From Candidatus Moranbacteria bacterium CG23_combo_of_CG06-09_8_20_14_all_35_22 (GTDB taxonomy: Bacteria > Patescibacteriota > Minisyncoccia > Moranbacterales > UBA2206): a stretch of 35,544 nt of DNA. The position numbers and the translations under genes were made by a program. The notes beneath the pieces were generated by a model that was not told the DNA's origin, ran no database searches, and worked only from the letters and a program-made list of their open reading frames with translations. Below, piece after piece: positions 1 to 7,139 of this stretch (position 1 is its first letter; each line of letters opens with the position of its first letter). The stretch spans positions 1 to 35,544 of the forward strand of contig PCRW01000053.1 of the NCBI GenBank assembly GCA_002772115.1, written 5' to 3'.

Positions 1-107
1 AAACTCTCATAATTAAAGAAAAAATGAGAGCCTAATAAAGAAAATCTCTAATCGAGACGCCATTTACTCTTATCCGAGTAAAATGGAGACTGAATGTTAA
101 TTGTTCA

Positions 108-497
108 GTGATTATGATTAATACTTCTAAAAACTTAGGGAATCTTGGTGAGGAGACAGCGGTCAAATTTTTACAAAATAATGGCTACAAAATTTTGGAC
201 CGCAATTTTCAAAATAATTTCGGTCGGCGCTTAGGAGAAATCGACATCATTGCTAAGGATACGAAAGAAAATGAGATTGTTTTTGTGGAAGTTAAAACTA
301 GAGAATATGAAAAATACAAAGATACTGATCCGGAAGAAAATATCACTTATGTCAAGCTCAAAAAACTCGCAAAAATCGCCAGTGCTTATCTACGCATAAA
401 AAACTTAGAAAACGAACCGTTTCGTTTTGACGCACTTTCCGTCTGGATTAGTGAAAAAACAGGGGAATCAAAAATAAAACACATCCCTAATTTGTAA
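108..497 (+). CDS. yraN: YraN family (UPF0102) predicted endonuclease
   Basis: 129-aa ORF with GEETAVKFL..GYKILDRN, GEIDIIA, IVFVEVKTR and RFDALSV blocks typical of YraN/UPF0102. GTG at 108; in-frame ATG at 114 is an alternative start. Confidence 0.85.
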   Translation: MIMINTSKNLGNLGEETAVKFLQNNGYKILDRNFQNNFGRRLGEIDIIAKDTKENEIVFVEVKTREYEKYKDTDPEENITYVKLKKLAKIASAYLRIKNLENEPFRFDALSVWISEKTGESKIKHIPNL

Positions 498-622
498 TTT
501 CCGCGCTATCCGCATGAATTCTGCGTAAATCCGCAACTAAAGAGTGGACACAAGAATTTTTTTCTGCTAGAATTGTAATAGGATTGGCGGGTAACTGCCT
601 TTTTAATTCTTAACTTAAATTT

Positions 623-976
623 ATGACACTAGATAAAAAAACATTAGACGAACTAAAATCAGTTCTACTTGGAGAAAAAATGGAATTGGAAAAAAATTTA
701 GGGCGAATTGCCAAACCAGTTGATGTAAAAGAAGGGGATTATGAAACTTCTTTTGAAACCCTTGGCACTGACAAGGATGACAACGCCACTGAAGTTGACC
801 AATATTCTCAAAATTTATCCGTAGAAACATCCTTAGAGAAAAAACTTCAAGAAATTATTGAAGCTCTTTCTAAAATGGAAAAAGGCACTTATGGCAAATG
901 CGAAAATTGCGGGAAAGATATTCCCCTAGAAAGGCTCCAAGCTAATCCGAGCGCGCGAGTATGTCTTGACTGCTAG
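623..976 (+). CDS. TraR/DksA family C4-type zinc-finger protein
   Basis: 117-aa ORF. Acidic helical N-terminal part. C-terminal CENC-(17 aa)-CLDC four-cysteine finger as in DksA/TraR proteins. Confidence 0.8.
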   Translation: MTLDKKTLDELKSVLLGEKMELEKNLGRIAKPVDVKEGDYETSFETLGTDKDDNATEVDQYSQNLSVETSLEKKLQEIIEALSKMEKGTYGKCENCGKDIPLERLQANPSARVCLDC

Positions 977-1015
977 ATGCGAATGAATTGCGAATTTTAA
1001 AACGAATTATTACGA

Positions 1016-1555
1016 ATGAAAATGCAAAAAAGTAAAATTCTATATTTATTGTCTTTTCTGGTCTTAATTATTCTTGATCAACTTTCAAAATATATCGTCC
1101 GCTCCAGTGGCGGATTTTATATTTGCAATACCAATCTTGCTTTTGGCGTTAAGCCATCCTATTTTCTAGTTTTTATCCTTCTATTAGGATTGCTTCTGTT
1201 TTTATTTAAGATTGGAAATTACAAATTACAAATTACAAATTACAAAAAAATCCAAAATCCAAATAGCCAAAATTCAAAACTATGGTTTAGAAATTTAAAT
1301 TTTGAAAATTGTAATTTATTTGGAATTTGGAGCTTGAGATTTGGAATTTTATTGATTTTTTCCGGTGCAATTTCTAATATTATTGATCGCTTATCTTTCG
1401 GTTGCGTCATTGATTTCATCGATTTGCATTTTTGGCCCGCCAGCAACGCTATTAGCGTAGCTATTGCGGGCTGGCCGGTGTTCAATTTAGCCGATATTTA
1501 TATTACATTTGGTGCTATACTTATATTAATCAATTATATAAGAAGTAAGGAATAA
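1016..1555 (+). CDS. lspA: Lipoprotein signal peptidase II, carrying two in-frame repeat insertions
   Basis: LspA blocks NTNLAFG, GAISNIIDR, VIDFIDL and FNLADIYI in the usual order with hydrophobic helices. The TM2-TM3 loop and the WP..FN region are both expanded (see repeat features). Confidence 0.8.
   Translation: MKMQKSKILYLLSFLVLIILDQLSKYIVRSSGGFYICNTNLAFGVKPSYFLVFILLLGLLLFLFKIGNYKLQITNYKKIQNPNSQNSKLWFRNLNFENCNLFGIWSLRFGILLIFSGAISNIIDRLSFGCVIDFIDLHFWPASNAISVAIAGWPVFNLADIYITFGAILILINYIRSKE
1213..1350. repeat. AT-rich low-complexity / imperfect inverted-repeat module inside lspA
   Basis: (attacaa)x4, then (a)tccaaa motifs, then the complementary motifs tttgaaaattgtaattt and atttgga x3. 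Translated in frame as GNYKLQITNYKKIQNPNSQNSKLWFRNLNFENCNLFGIW. Confidence 0.6.
1438..1476. repeat. 39-bp GC-rich in-frame insertion in lspA, flanked by TGGCC direct repeats
   Basis: Deleting 1438-1476 restores CAT TTT TGG CCG GTG TTC AAT = HFWPVFN, the usual LspA W/Y-P-x-FN-x-AD block. The insert has gcccgc...gcgggc and cgct/agcg symmetry and a TGGCC copy at both junctions. Confidence 0.65.
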
Positions 1556-1674
1556 GCTAATTTTTAATTTTTGCAATTTTTAATTTTATAAATAAATTTT
1601 AATATCTAATTTTTAAACATTAAAAATTTGATATTATTTAAAAATTATAAAATTAAAAATTAAAAATTCTCAAA
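1556..1674. repeat. AT-rich inverted repeat (aaaattaaaaatt family) directly upstream of comM
   Basis: Left arm aatttttaatttttgcaatttttaattttataa is complementary to right arm ttataaaattaaaaattaaaaatt. The right arm ends 8 nt before the GTG start at 1675. Confidence 0.55.
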
Positions 1675-3204
1675 GTGTCTTCCAAAGTTTTTTCGGCCGC
1701 CACTATCGGGCTCAAAAGTGAAATTGTCGAAGTAGAAGCGGACACCGTAAGTGCCGGTCTGCATCAATTTAATATTGTGGGACTGCCTGACACGGCCGTC
1801 AAAGAATCGCGCGATCGAGTGAGCTCGGCCATTCGAAATTCTGGTTTCAAACCACCTCACCGAGCAGGGCGTGTCACCATCAATTTAGCTCCCGCCGATC
1901 TCAAAAAAGAAGGGCCCATTTATGATCTGCCAATGGCACTGGGTTTTCTTTTGGCGACCGAACAAATCGCTTTTGATTTCAAAAATAAAATATTTTTAGG
2001 CGAACTTTCCCTCGACGGAAAAGTACGCCCAGTCAAAGGTGTTCTTCCGATGGCAATTTTAGCTAAAGAAAAAAATATCCCCGAACTTTACATTCCCAAA
2101 GAAAATGCCAAAGAAGCTTCCGTTATTTCTGGCGTAGAAATTTTTCCCGTTTCGACACTTATTGAACTTATCGAACATTTACTCGGAGAAAATAAAATTG
2201 CGCCAGCCGAAAAAATAAATTTGGAAGAACTTTTTTCTTACCAAGATTACGCTGTGGATATGTCCCATGTCAGAGGACAAGAGCATGCTAAACGCGCCTT
2301 GGAAATTGCAGCCGCTGGCGGGCATAATGTAATCCTAAACGGTCCACCGGGATCAGGGAAAACCCTTCTAGCGAAAACTATGGCTTCGATTTTGCCAAAA
2401 CTCACTGTTCCGGAAGCACTGGAAATAACTAAGATATTTTCTATCGCTGGAGTGCTTCCAAAAAATAATGCTCTCATCACCAAACGGCAATTTCGCTCTC
2501 CACATCACAGTGCTTCCGCTGTTTCTTTGGTTGGCGGAGGAACATTTCCTCGCCCTGGAGAAATCAGTCTTTCGCATCGCGGAATTTTATTTTTAGACGA
2601 ATTTCCGGAATTTTCTCGCGCCGTTTTGGAAAATTTGCGTCAACCGCTAGAAGATGGCATCATCACAGTTTCTCGCGCCCAAGGCACTATGGAATTTCCC
2701 GCCAGATTTACTCTAGTGGCTGCCATGAATCCCTGTCCTTGCGGAAATGCCACCGATCCAGAAAAAACTTGCGTTTGTTCTCCCGCCTCAATTATAAAAT
2801 ATCAGCGAAAAATTTCTGGACCAATTATGGACCGCATTGATCTCCATGTCGAAGTACCGAGAATAAAGTTTGAAAAACTTTCCGAAGATTATCAGTTAGG
2901 CGAAAAATCTTGTGATATTAGAATTCGCGTAGAAAAAGCCAGAGCTATTCAAACAGCAAGATTTAAAAATTCCGAAACTATTTCCAACTCTGAAATGGGC
3001 AGTGAACAAATCAAAAATTTTTGCAAACTTTCCCCAGAATCACTAGAACTTATGCGCTCGGCTGTTTCCACTTTTCATTTGAGCGCTCGCGCCTATTACC
3101 GCATCATCAAAGTTGCCAGAACCATCGCCGATTTAGAAGAAACCGAAAAAATCGCACCTGCCCACATCGCCGAAGCTCTCCAATATCGCTTCAAAGCAGA
3201 ATAA
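1675..3204 (+). CDS. comM: YifB/ComM family Mg-chelatase-like AAA+ ATPase
   Basis: 509-aa ORF. N-terminal Lon-like block (VEVEAD..GLHQFNIVGLPDTAVKESRDRV..NLAPADLKKEGPIYDLPMALG), Walker A GPPGSGKT, Walker B FLDEFPEF, CPCG zinc motif. Full-length family architecture. Confidence 0.92.
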   Translation: MSSKVFSAATIGLKSEIVEVEADTVSAGLHQFNIVGLPDTAVKESRDRVSSAIRNSGFKPPHRAGRVTINLAPADLKKEGPIYDLPMALGFLLATEQIAFDFKNKIFLGELSLDGKVRPVKGVLPMAILAKEKNIPELYIPKENAKEASVISGVEIFPVSTLIELIEHLLGENKIAPAEKINLEELFSYQDYAVDMSHVRGQEHAKRALEIAAAGGHNVILNGPPGSGKTLLAKTMASILPKLTVPEALEITKIFSIAGVLPKNNALITKRQFRSPHHSASAVSLVGGGTFPRPGEISLSHRGILFLDEFPEFSRAVLENLRQPLEDGIITVSRAQGTMEFPARFTLVAAMNPCPCGNATDPEKTCVCSPASIIKYQRKISGPIMDRIDLHVEVPRIKFEKLSEDYQLGEKSCDIRIRVEKARAIQTARFKNSETISNSEMGSEQIKNFCKLSPESLELMRSAVSTFHLSARAYYRIIKVARTIADLEETEKIAPAHIAEALQYRFKAE

Positions 3205-3213
3205 ATTATTCTT

Positions 3214-3241
3214 GTAGGGAACGCATATATGCGTTCCCTAC
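3214..3241. repeat. 28-nt perfect palindrome GTAGGGAACGCATATATGCGTTCCCTAC (GTAG...CTAC family)
   Basis: Checked by hand as its own reverse complement. Lies between the comM stop and the next start. No downstream T-run, so not a canonical intrinsic terminator. Confidence 0.7.
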
Positions 3242-3255
3242 GGAACTGCTAGAAA

Positions 3256-4206
3256 ATGATTACTAAAAAAAGAATTTTATCCACATTTATCGTACTTTTA
3301 GGTTTTTACGGTATTTTTTATTTTTTCCTTAAAACTCCAAACAGAAACTTGGATTTTGAGAATTATAAAAAAACAATTACATTGAATGATAATGGTTTAA
3401 TTTTCAAAGCTTATACTTCAACTAATTCAGTTTCGGATTTTCTCAAAGAAAAAAATATCGCGCTAAAAGAAAATGATCAAATCATCCCTGAACCAAATTC
3501 CAAAATTTTTTCCGGAATAAATATTGAAATTCTGCGAGCAGTAAAAATAAAAATTCAAGTTGACGGAAAAACTATTAAAAATTATACCCTCGCTAAAAAT
3601 ATTTCCAGTGTTCTTGAAGAAAATAATATTATCCTTACGCGATTGGATAAAATTTCTCCCACTTTATCTGCACCACCACCAAAGGATGAAGAAATAATCG
3701 TGACTAGAATAAACATTGAAGAAAAAATTGAGAAAGAAGAAATAGATTTCAAAACAATTTTTAAAGAAGACTCCAAACTTGGTTGGCGAGAAAAAAAAAT
3801 CGAACAAAAAGGAGAAAAGGGAGTAGAAGAAATTCTTTATAAAATAACTTATAAAAATGGAAAAGAAATTTCGCGCGTTGTGCTTGAGAAAAAAATCACC
3901 CAAGATCCTATATCTCAAATTGAAATTCAAGGCACTTATATGAAATTCGGAAAAGCTCAACGAGGACATGCTAGTTTTTATGCTTCTAGCTGGGGAGAAC
4001 TCAACGCTAGTCGTTCAATTTCCAGAGGTGGTTATGCTAAGGTTACTAATTTAGATAATGGGAAATCCACCATAGTTAAGATTAATGATTATGGTCCTCA
4101 ATCACCCGAAAGAATAATTGATCTAAGCTACAATTCTTTCAAAAAAATAGCCAATCTCGGACAAGGTATCGCTCATAATATAAAAGTTGAAGAAATACTT
4201 AACTAA
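3256..4206 (+). CDS. Membrane-anchored cell-wall protein: 2x DUF348-like + G5 domain + RlpA-like DPBB domain
   Basis: N-terminal TM helix. Two DUF348-like repeats. G5-like block (KGEKGVEEILYKITYKNGKEISRVVLEKKITQDPISQIEIQGT). C-terminal GHASFY..KVTNLDNGKSTIVKINDYGPQSPERIIDLS resembles the RlpA double-psi beta-barrel. Confidence 0.7.
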   Translation: MITKKRILSTFIVLLGFYGIFYFFLKTPNRNLDFENYKKTITLNDNGLIFKAYTSTNSVSDFLKEKNIALKENDQIIPEPNSKIFSGINIEILRAVKIKIQVDGKTIKNYTLAKNISSVLEENNIILTRLDKISPTLSAPPPKDEEIIVTRINIEEKIEKEEIDFKTIFKEDSKLGWREKKIEQKGEKGVEEILYKITYKNGKEISRVVLEKKITQDPISQIEIQGTYMKFGKAQRGHASFYASSWGELNASRSISRGGYAKVTNLDNGKSTIVKINDYGPQSPERIIDLSYNSFKKIANLGQGIAHNIKVEEILN

Positions 4207-4284
4207 AATTTTATAATTTTTAAATGTTTAAAAATTAAGATTTATTTATAAAATTAAAAATTATAAAAATTAAAAATTATCCTT
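4207..4284. repeat. AT-rich inverted repeat (aaaattaaaaatt family) directly upstream of rsmA
   Basis: Contains ttataaaattaaaaattataaaaattaaaaatt, shared with 1643-1668. The complementary aattttataatttttaa lies on its left side. Confidence 0.5.
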
Positions 4285-5124
4285 ATGCCAACAAAATTAG
4301 GACAAAATTTTTTGCGTGACAATGAAGTACTGGAAAAAATAATTGCTTCGGCTGATTTGAAAGCGGATGATTTTGTGATTGAAGTCGGACCGGGCGAAGG
4401 CATGCTCACAAAAAAATTAATTGAAAATGCCGGCAAAATCTTGGCTATTGAAGTTGATGATATTCTGGCTAATAAATTAAAAAAACAATACAAAGATAGT
4501 AAAAAAATAGAAATAATAAATGCTGATATTTTGAAAATAAATTTACCAGAAATACTTAAGGTAGAGACGCAGCAGTGCTGCGTCTCTACGGGGGACAAAA
4601 TTAAATATAAAGTCGTTGCCAATATTCCATACTATATCACTTCGCCCATCATTCAACTTTTTTTAGAAACGCAGTTTCCGCCAAGTGAAATGATTTTGAT
4701 GGTGCAAAAAGAAGTGGCCGAGCGTATTTGCGTGCAAGTAGGACAAATGAGTATTCTCGCTGTGAGCGTACAATACTGTGCTAAGCCAGAACTTCTTTTT
4801 TATGTAGATAAAAAAAGTTTTTTTCCGGTGCCGAAAGTAGACAGCGCGGTGATAAAAATTACGCCGTTTCCCTCTCCTGTCGCGAGTACGCGACATCCTC
4901 TCCCTAGGGGAGAGGAGGAAAATAGAAAGAAGTTTTTTAGAATAGTTAAGGCGGGATTTTCGGCTAAAAGAAAAACACTGGTCAATAATCTTTCTAGTAG
5001 CTTAAAACTCGGAAAATATGAAGTTGAGGAAAAGTTAAAAAAAGCCGGCATTGGTCCGACTCAAAGAGCGCAAGAATTGTCAGTGGAAGATTGGAAGAAA
5101 CTAACAAATTTACTAAAATACTAA
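4285..5124 (+). CDS. rsmA: 16S rRNA (adenine1518/1519-N6)-dimethyltransferase RsmA/KsgA, with two in-frame palindromic insertions
   Basis: LGQNFLRD start, SAM motif VIEVGPGEGMLT, ANIPYYITSPII and FSAKRKTLVNNL blocks typical of KsgA. Confidence 0.9.
   Translation: MPTKLGQNFLRDNEVLEKIIASADLKADDFVIEVGPGEGMLTKKLIENAGKILAIEVDDILANKLKKQYKDSKKIEIINADILKINLPEILKVETQQCCVSTGDKIKYKVVANIPYYITSPIIQLFLETQFPPSEMILMVQKEVAERICVQVGQMSILAVSVQYCAKPELLFYVDKKSFFPVPKVDSAVIKITPFPSPVASTRHPLPRGEEENRKKFFRIVKAGFSAKRKTLVNNLSSSLKLGKYEVEEKLKKAGIGPTQRAQELSVEDWKKLTNLLKY
4561..4589. repeat. 29-nt palindrome GTAGAGACGCAGCA-G-TGCTGCGTCTCTAC inside rsmA
   Basis: 14-bp perfect arms around one central base. Translated as VETQQCCVST in a loop that is variable in KsgA. 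Same GTAG..CGCA/TGCG..CTAC design as 3214-3241. Confidence 0.7.
4871..4918. repeat. GC-rich compound hairpin inside rsmA
   Basis: gtcgcg-agta-cgcgac (4879-4894) and cctctccc-tag-gggagagg (4897-4915), plus an extra cctctcc at 4871-4877. Translated as PSPVASTRHPLPRGEEE. Much more GC-rich than its surroundings. Confidence 0.65.
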
Positions 5125-5161
5125 TCTAACGAAATTACTAATCCTTTTTAATTTTATTTTT

Positions 5162-5275
5162 ATAGGACTTACGCGCTTGCTGTTTTAGACACTGGATGTC
5201 TCGCGACCGTAACAGCCGAAACCCGCCTGCCGGCGAGGCAGGGACATCCAGTGTCTGCAAGCACGTAAGTCCTAT
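5162..5275. terminator. Long nested hairpin between convergent rsmA and the UbiA-family gene; probable bidirectional terminator
   Basis: Three nested stems. Outer: ataggacttacg / cgtaagtcctat. Middle: gcttgc / gcaagc. Inner: 14-bp agacactggatgtc / gacatccagtgtct. A GC-rich apical hairpin sits at 5226-5242. T-rich runs flank both sides. Confidence 0.6.
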
Positions 5276-5318
5276 TCTTTTTTATTCGTACTTTCGCTCA
5301 ATTCGTACTTTCGTAAAT

Positions 5319-6950
5319 TTAAAAAAACAAAACCCTTACCATCACCAGTCCATAAATAAAAATTATTCCCAAAACCGGCCAAAATATTAGGCGCGGTTTT
5401 ATTTTTAGCGAAGCCACAGAGAGAAATGCCAGTCCACCAAAAAACATTGCCCACCAAAAAAGTTTCAGTTCATTCAAGAAGAAAACACTGGCTATAAAAG
5501 AAATGAAAATTCCCGAAGCTACGATTAGGCGAGCTTTTTTTTCTCCAAAAATAACTGGGATTGTCCAAATATTATCTTTTTTATCGCCGGCGATATCTTT
5601 GAAATCTTTAATCGACAAAGAAATCGTTCCAACAATTAGCATTAGAAAAATAATTCTCGGCGACAAAGTATGAAAAGTTTGATTATCCGACATCAAAATA
5701 TAACCAAGAAATAAAATTAGAAGCAGAGCAAAAGAGCTGATAAAAGTGGCTACCAGCGGAAATTTTTTCAATCGGAAAGGCTGGGCGGAATAAACCCAAG
5801 CAACCACTTGGTAGGTGATAAGTAGCACAGCAAAAGAAAAACCGATTGAAATCCCGCCTAAAATCGAAAGAATAAAACAAGCCCAGCCTAAATTCGCATA
5901 TTCTTCTCGACTAAAAATTCCTTGCTGAAGCGGGCGCTCGGGATTGGAAATTGCGTCAATTGTAAAGTCATTAAGATCATTGACCACCACCGAAGCTTTC
6001 CATGCCAGCCAAACACTAATAAATAAAACGGCTACTGCCAAAAGAGAAAATAAATCCAATTTGAAATTCTGCTGATAATTCCAAGCCCCCACCGCTAACC
6101 CGATAAAAAGCAGTCCACTATGGTAAAAAAGCTGGGGATAACGAAAATTTTTGACCACGGCGATAAATTTCTTGCTATCCATCCGATAAAATAAAATTGC
6201 CAATAAACTTACCAGCGCAATATAATAGATAAAATCCAGTCGATAAGCTACGGCGTATTTGATGTTTTGAAAATTTATCCCCGCCATCTTGTCCAATGAA
6301 CCAAAAAATTCAAAGATTTCAAAAGCTTTTATATCTAAAAATTTTTTTGAACCAAAAATAAAATTATAAAGATAATAAAAAAAGGAAGGAAAGGCGCCGA
6401 GAAAAAACAAAATGGAATAAACTGCCCAGGCTGTAAATATAGATTTGAAAAAACTTTTCGTTCGAAACCAAACCAGAAAAAACAGCACCGCAACAGTGGC
6501 AACAAAAATTATTTTTGTACCAAAATAAACAATTGCACTGGGCAAATGCCCAAAAACCGTGGCATATTGCCAAAACAGATCTCGCGGAGTGCTGAAAAGA
6601 TAAAAACTCCAATAAACTTCTCCACCCGTTTTTATCATATCAATTAGCGGAGGAAAAGTCAGGAAAAGCAAAGAATAAATCAACACGCCGGAAAGTTTCT
6701 GGGGATTTTCCTTGAGAATTGCGCTCAAAAAAAGCCAAATTAGCAGTATCGCTAAAGAAAAAAAGTAAAAATTATGGATATATTCTATCACCGCTTCATA
6801 AGGTACTAGTGGTTTGACTAATGTTAAAAATTGCTCAATAAAACAACGGAAAAAAACCATTCCCAAAAACCCCAGTGTCCAAGTGGAAAGACCGACCCTT
6901 TTTTCTCCCAGCTTAATAAAGAAATTTTCCAGTTTATTCATAATTCCCAT
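5319..6950 (-). CDS. UbiA-family prenyltransferase domain fused to a ~290-aa N-terminal polytopic membrane domain
   Basis: C-terminal half has NDLNDFTIDAISNPERPLQQG (NDxxDxxxD..RPL) and KDFKDIAGDKKDNIWTIPVIFG (DxxDxxxD). Many TM helices throughout. First ATG at 6950; a TTG at 6962 and an ATG at 6941 are alternative starts. Confidence 0.7.
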   Translation of the reverse strand: MGIMNKLENFFIKLGEKRVGLSTWTLGFLGMVFFRCFIEQFLTLVKPLVPYEAVIEYIHNFYFFSLAILLIWLFLSAILKENPQKLSGVLIYSLLFLTFPPLIDMIKTGGEVYWSFYLFSTPRDLFWQYATVFGHLPSAIVYFGTKIIFVATVAVLFFLVWFRTKSFFKSIFTAWAVYSILFFLGAFPSFFYYLYNFIFGSKKFLDIKAFEIFEFFGSLDKMAGINFQNIKYAVAYRLDFIYYIALVSLLAILFYRMDSKKFIAVVKNFRYPQLFYHSGLLFIGLAVGAWNYQQNFKLDLFSLLAVAVLFISVWLAWKASVVVNDLNDFTIDAISNPERPLQQGIFSREEYANLGWACFILSILGGISIGFSFAVLLITYQVVAWVYSAQPFRLKKFPLVATFISSFALLLILFLGYILMSDNQTFHTLSPRIIFLMLIVGTISLSIKDFKDIAGDKKDNIWTIPVIFGEKKARLIVASGIFISFIASVFFLNELKLFWWAMFFGGLAFLSVASLKIKPRLIFWPVLGIIFIYGLVMVRVLFF

Positions 6951-6981
6951 CCAGTCTAGCAAAAAAATTTGGAAAAGTACA

Positions 6982-7100
6982 GTTCACCCCCCACCACTTT
7001 TAGCTTGTAAGTTTTTTTATAAAAATGTAAGCTTAAACCTTTTGACTGACTTAATTAGTTTAATTAAAATAGGCAAAGCTAAAAGTGGTGGGGGATGAAC
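6982..7100. mobile_element. MITE-like ~119-bp element with 22-23-bp terminal inverted repeats (GTTCAyCCCCCACCACTTTTAG), copy 1
   Basis: Left end gttcaccccccaccacttttagc, right end gctaaaagtggtgggggatgaac, AT-rich 73-nt core. Its reverse complement aligns by eye at roughly 85% identity to 31136-31255. Confidence 0.7.
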
Positions 7101-7139
7101 TTATCCACAACCTGAACTTGTTTTTATATTTTTATTTTT

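Noticed and set aside
498-622. Possible small RNA or terminator downstream of yraN (atccgc repeats, cgca-tgaattc-tgcg hairpin)
   Set aside because: There is only a 4-bp stem and no U-tract, and no similarity to the repeat families seen elsewhere in the window. The evidence is insufficient.
3021-3266. 81-aa ORF overlapping the comM 3' end and the palindrome
   Set aside because: It is in an alternative frame of a strongly supported gene and is Arg/Ser/His-rich with no family resemblance. Its end is simply the translated palindrome.
3277-3285. Perfect DnaA box TTATCCACA inside the G5/RlpA-like gene
   Set aside because: It is a single isolated 9-mer within coding sequence (ILSTF), with no neighbouring boxes. 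It is most simply a chance occurrence, and it lowers confidence in the other isolated boxes.
5196-5390. 64-aa ORF (and the overlapping minus-strand 61-aa ORF at 5272-5457) in the rsmA/UbiA spacer
   Set aside because: It lies entirely within the nested terminator hairpin and runs into the 3' end of the UbiA-family gene. Its composition is dictated by the palindrome and it has no recognisable fold or start context.
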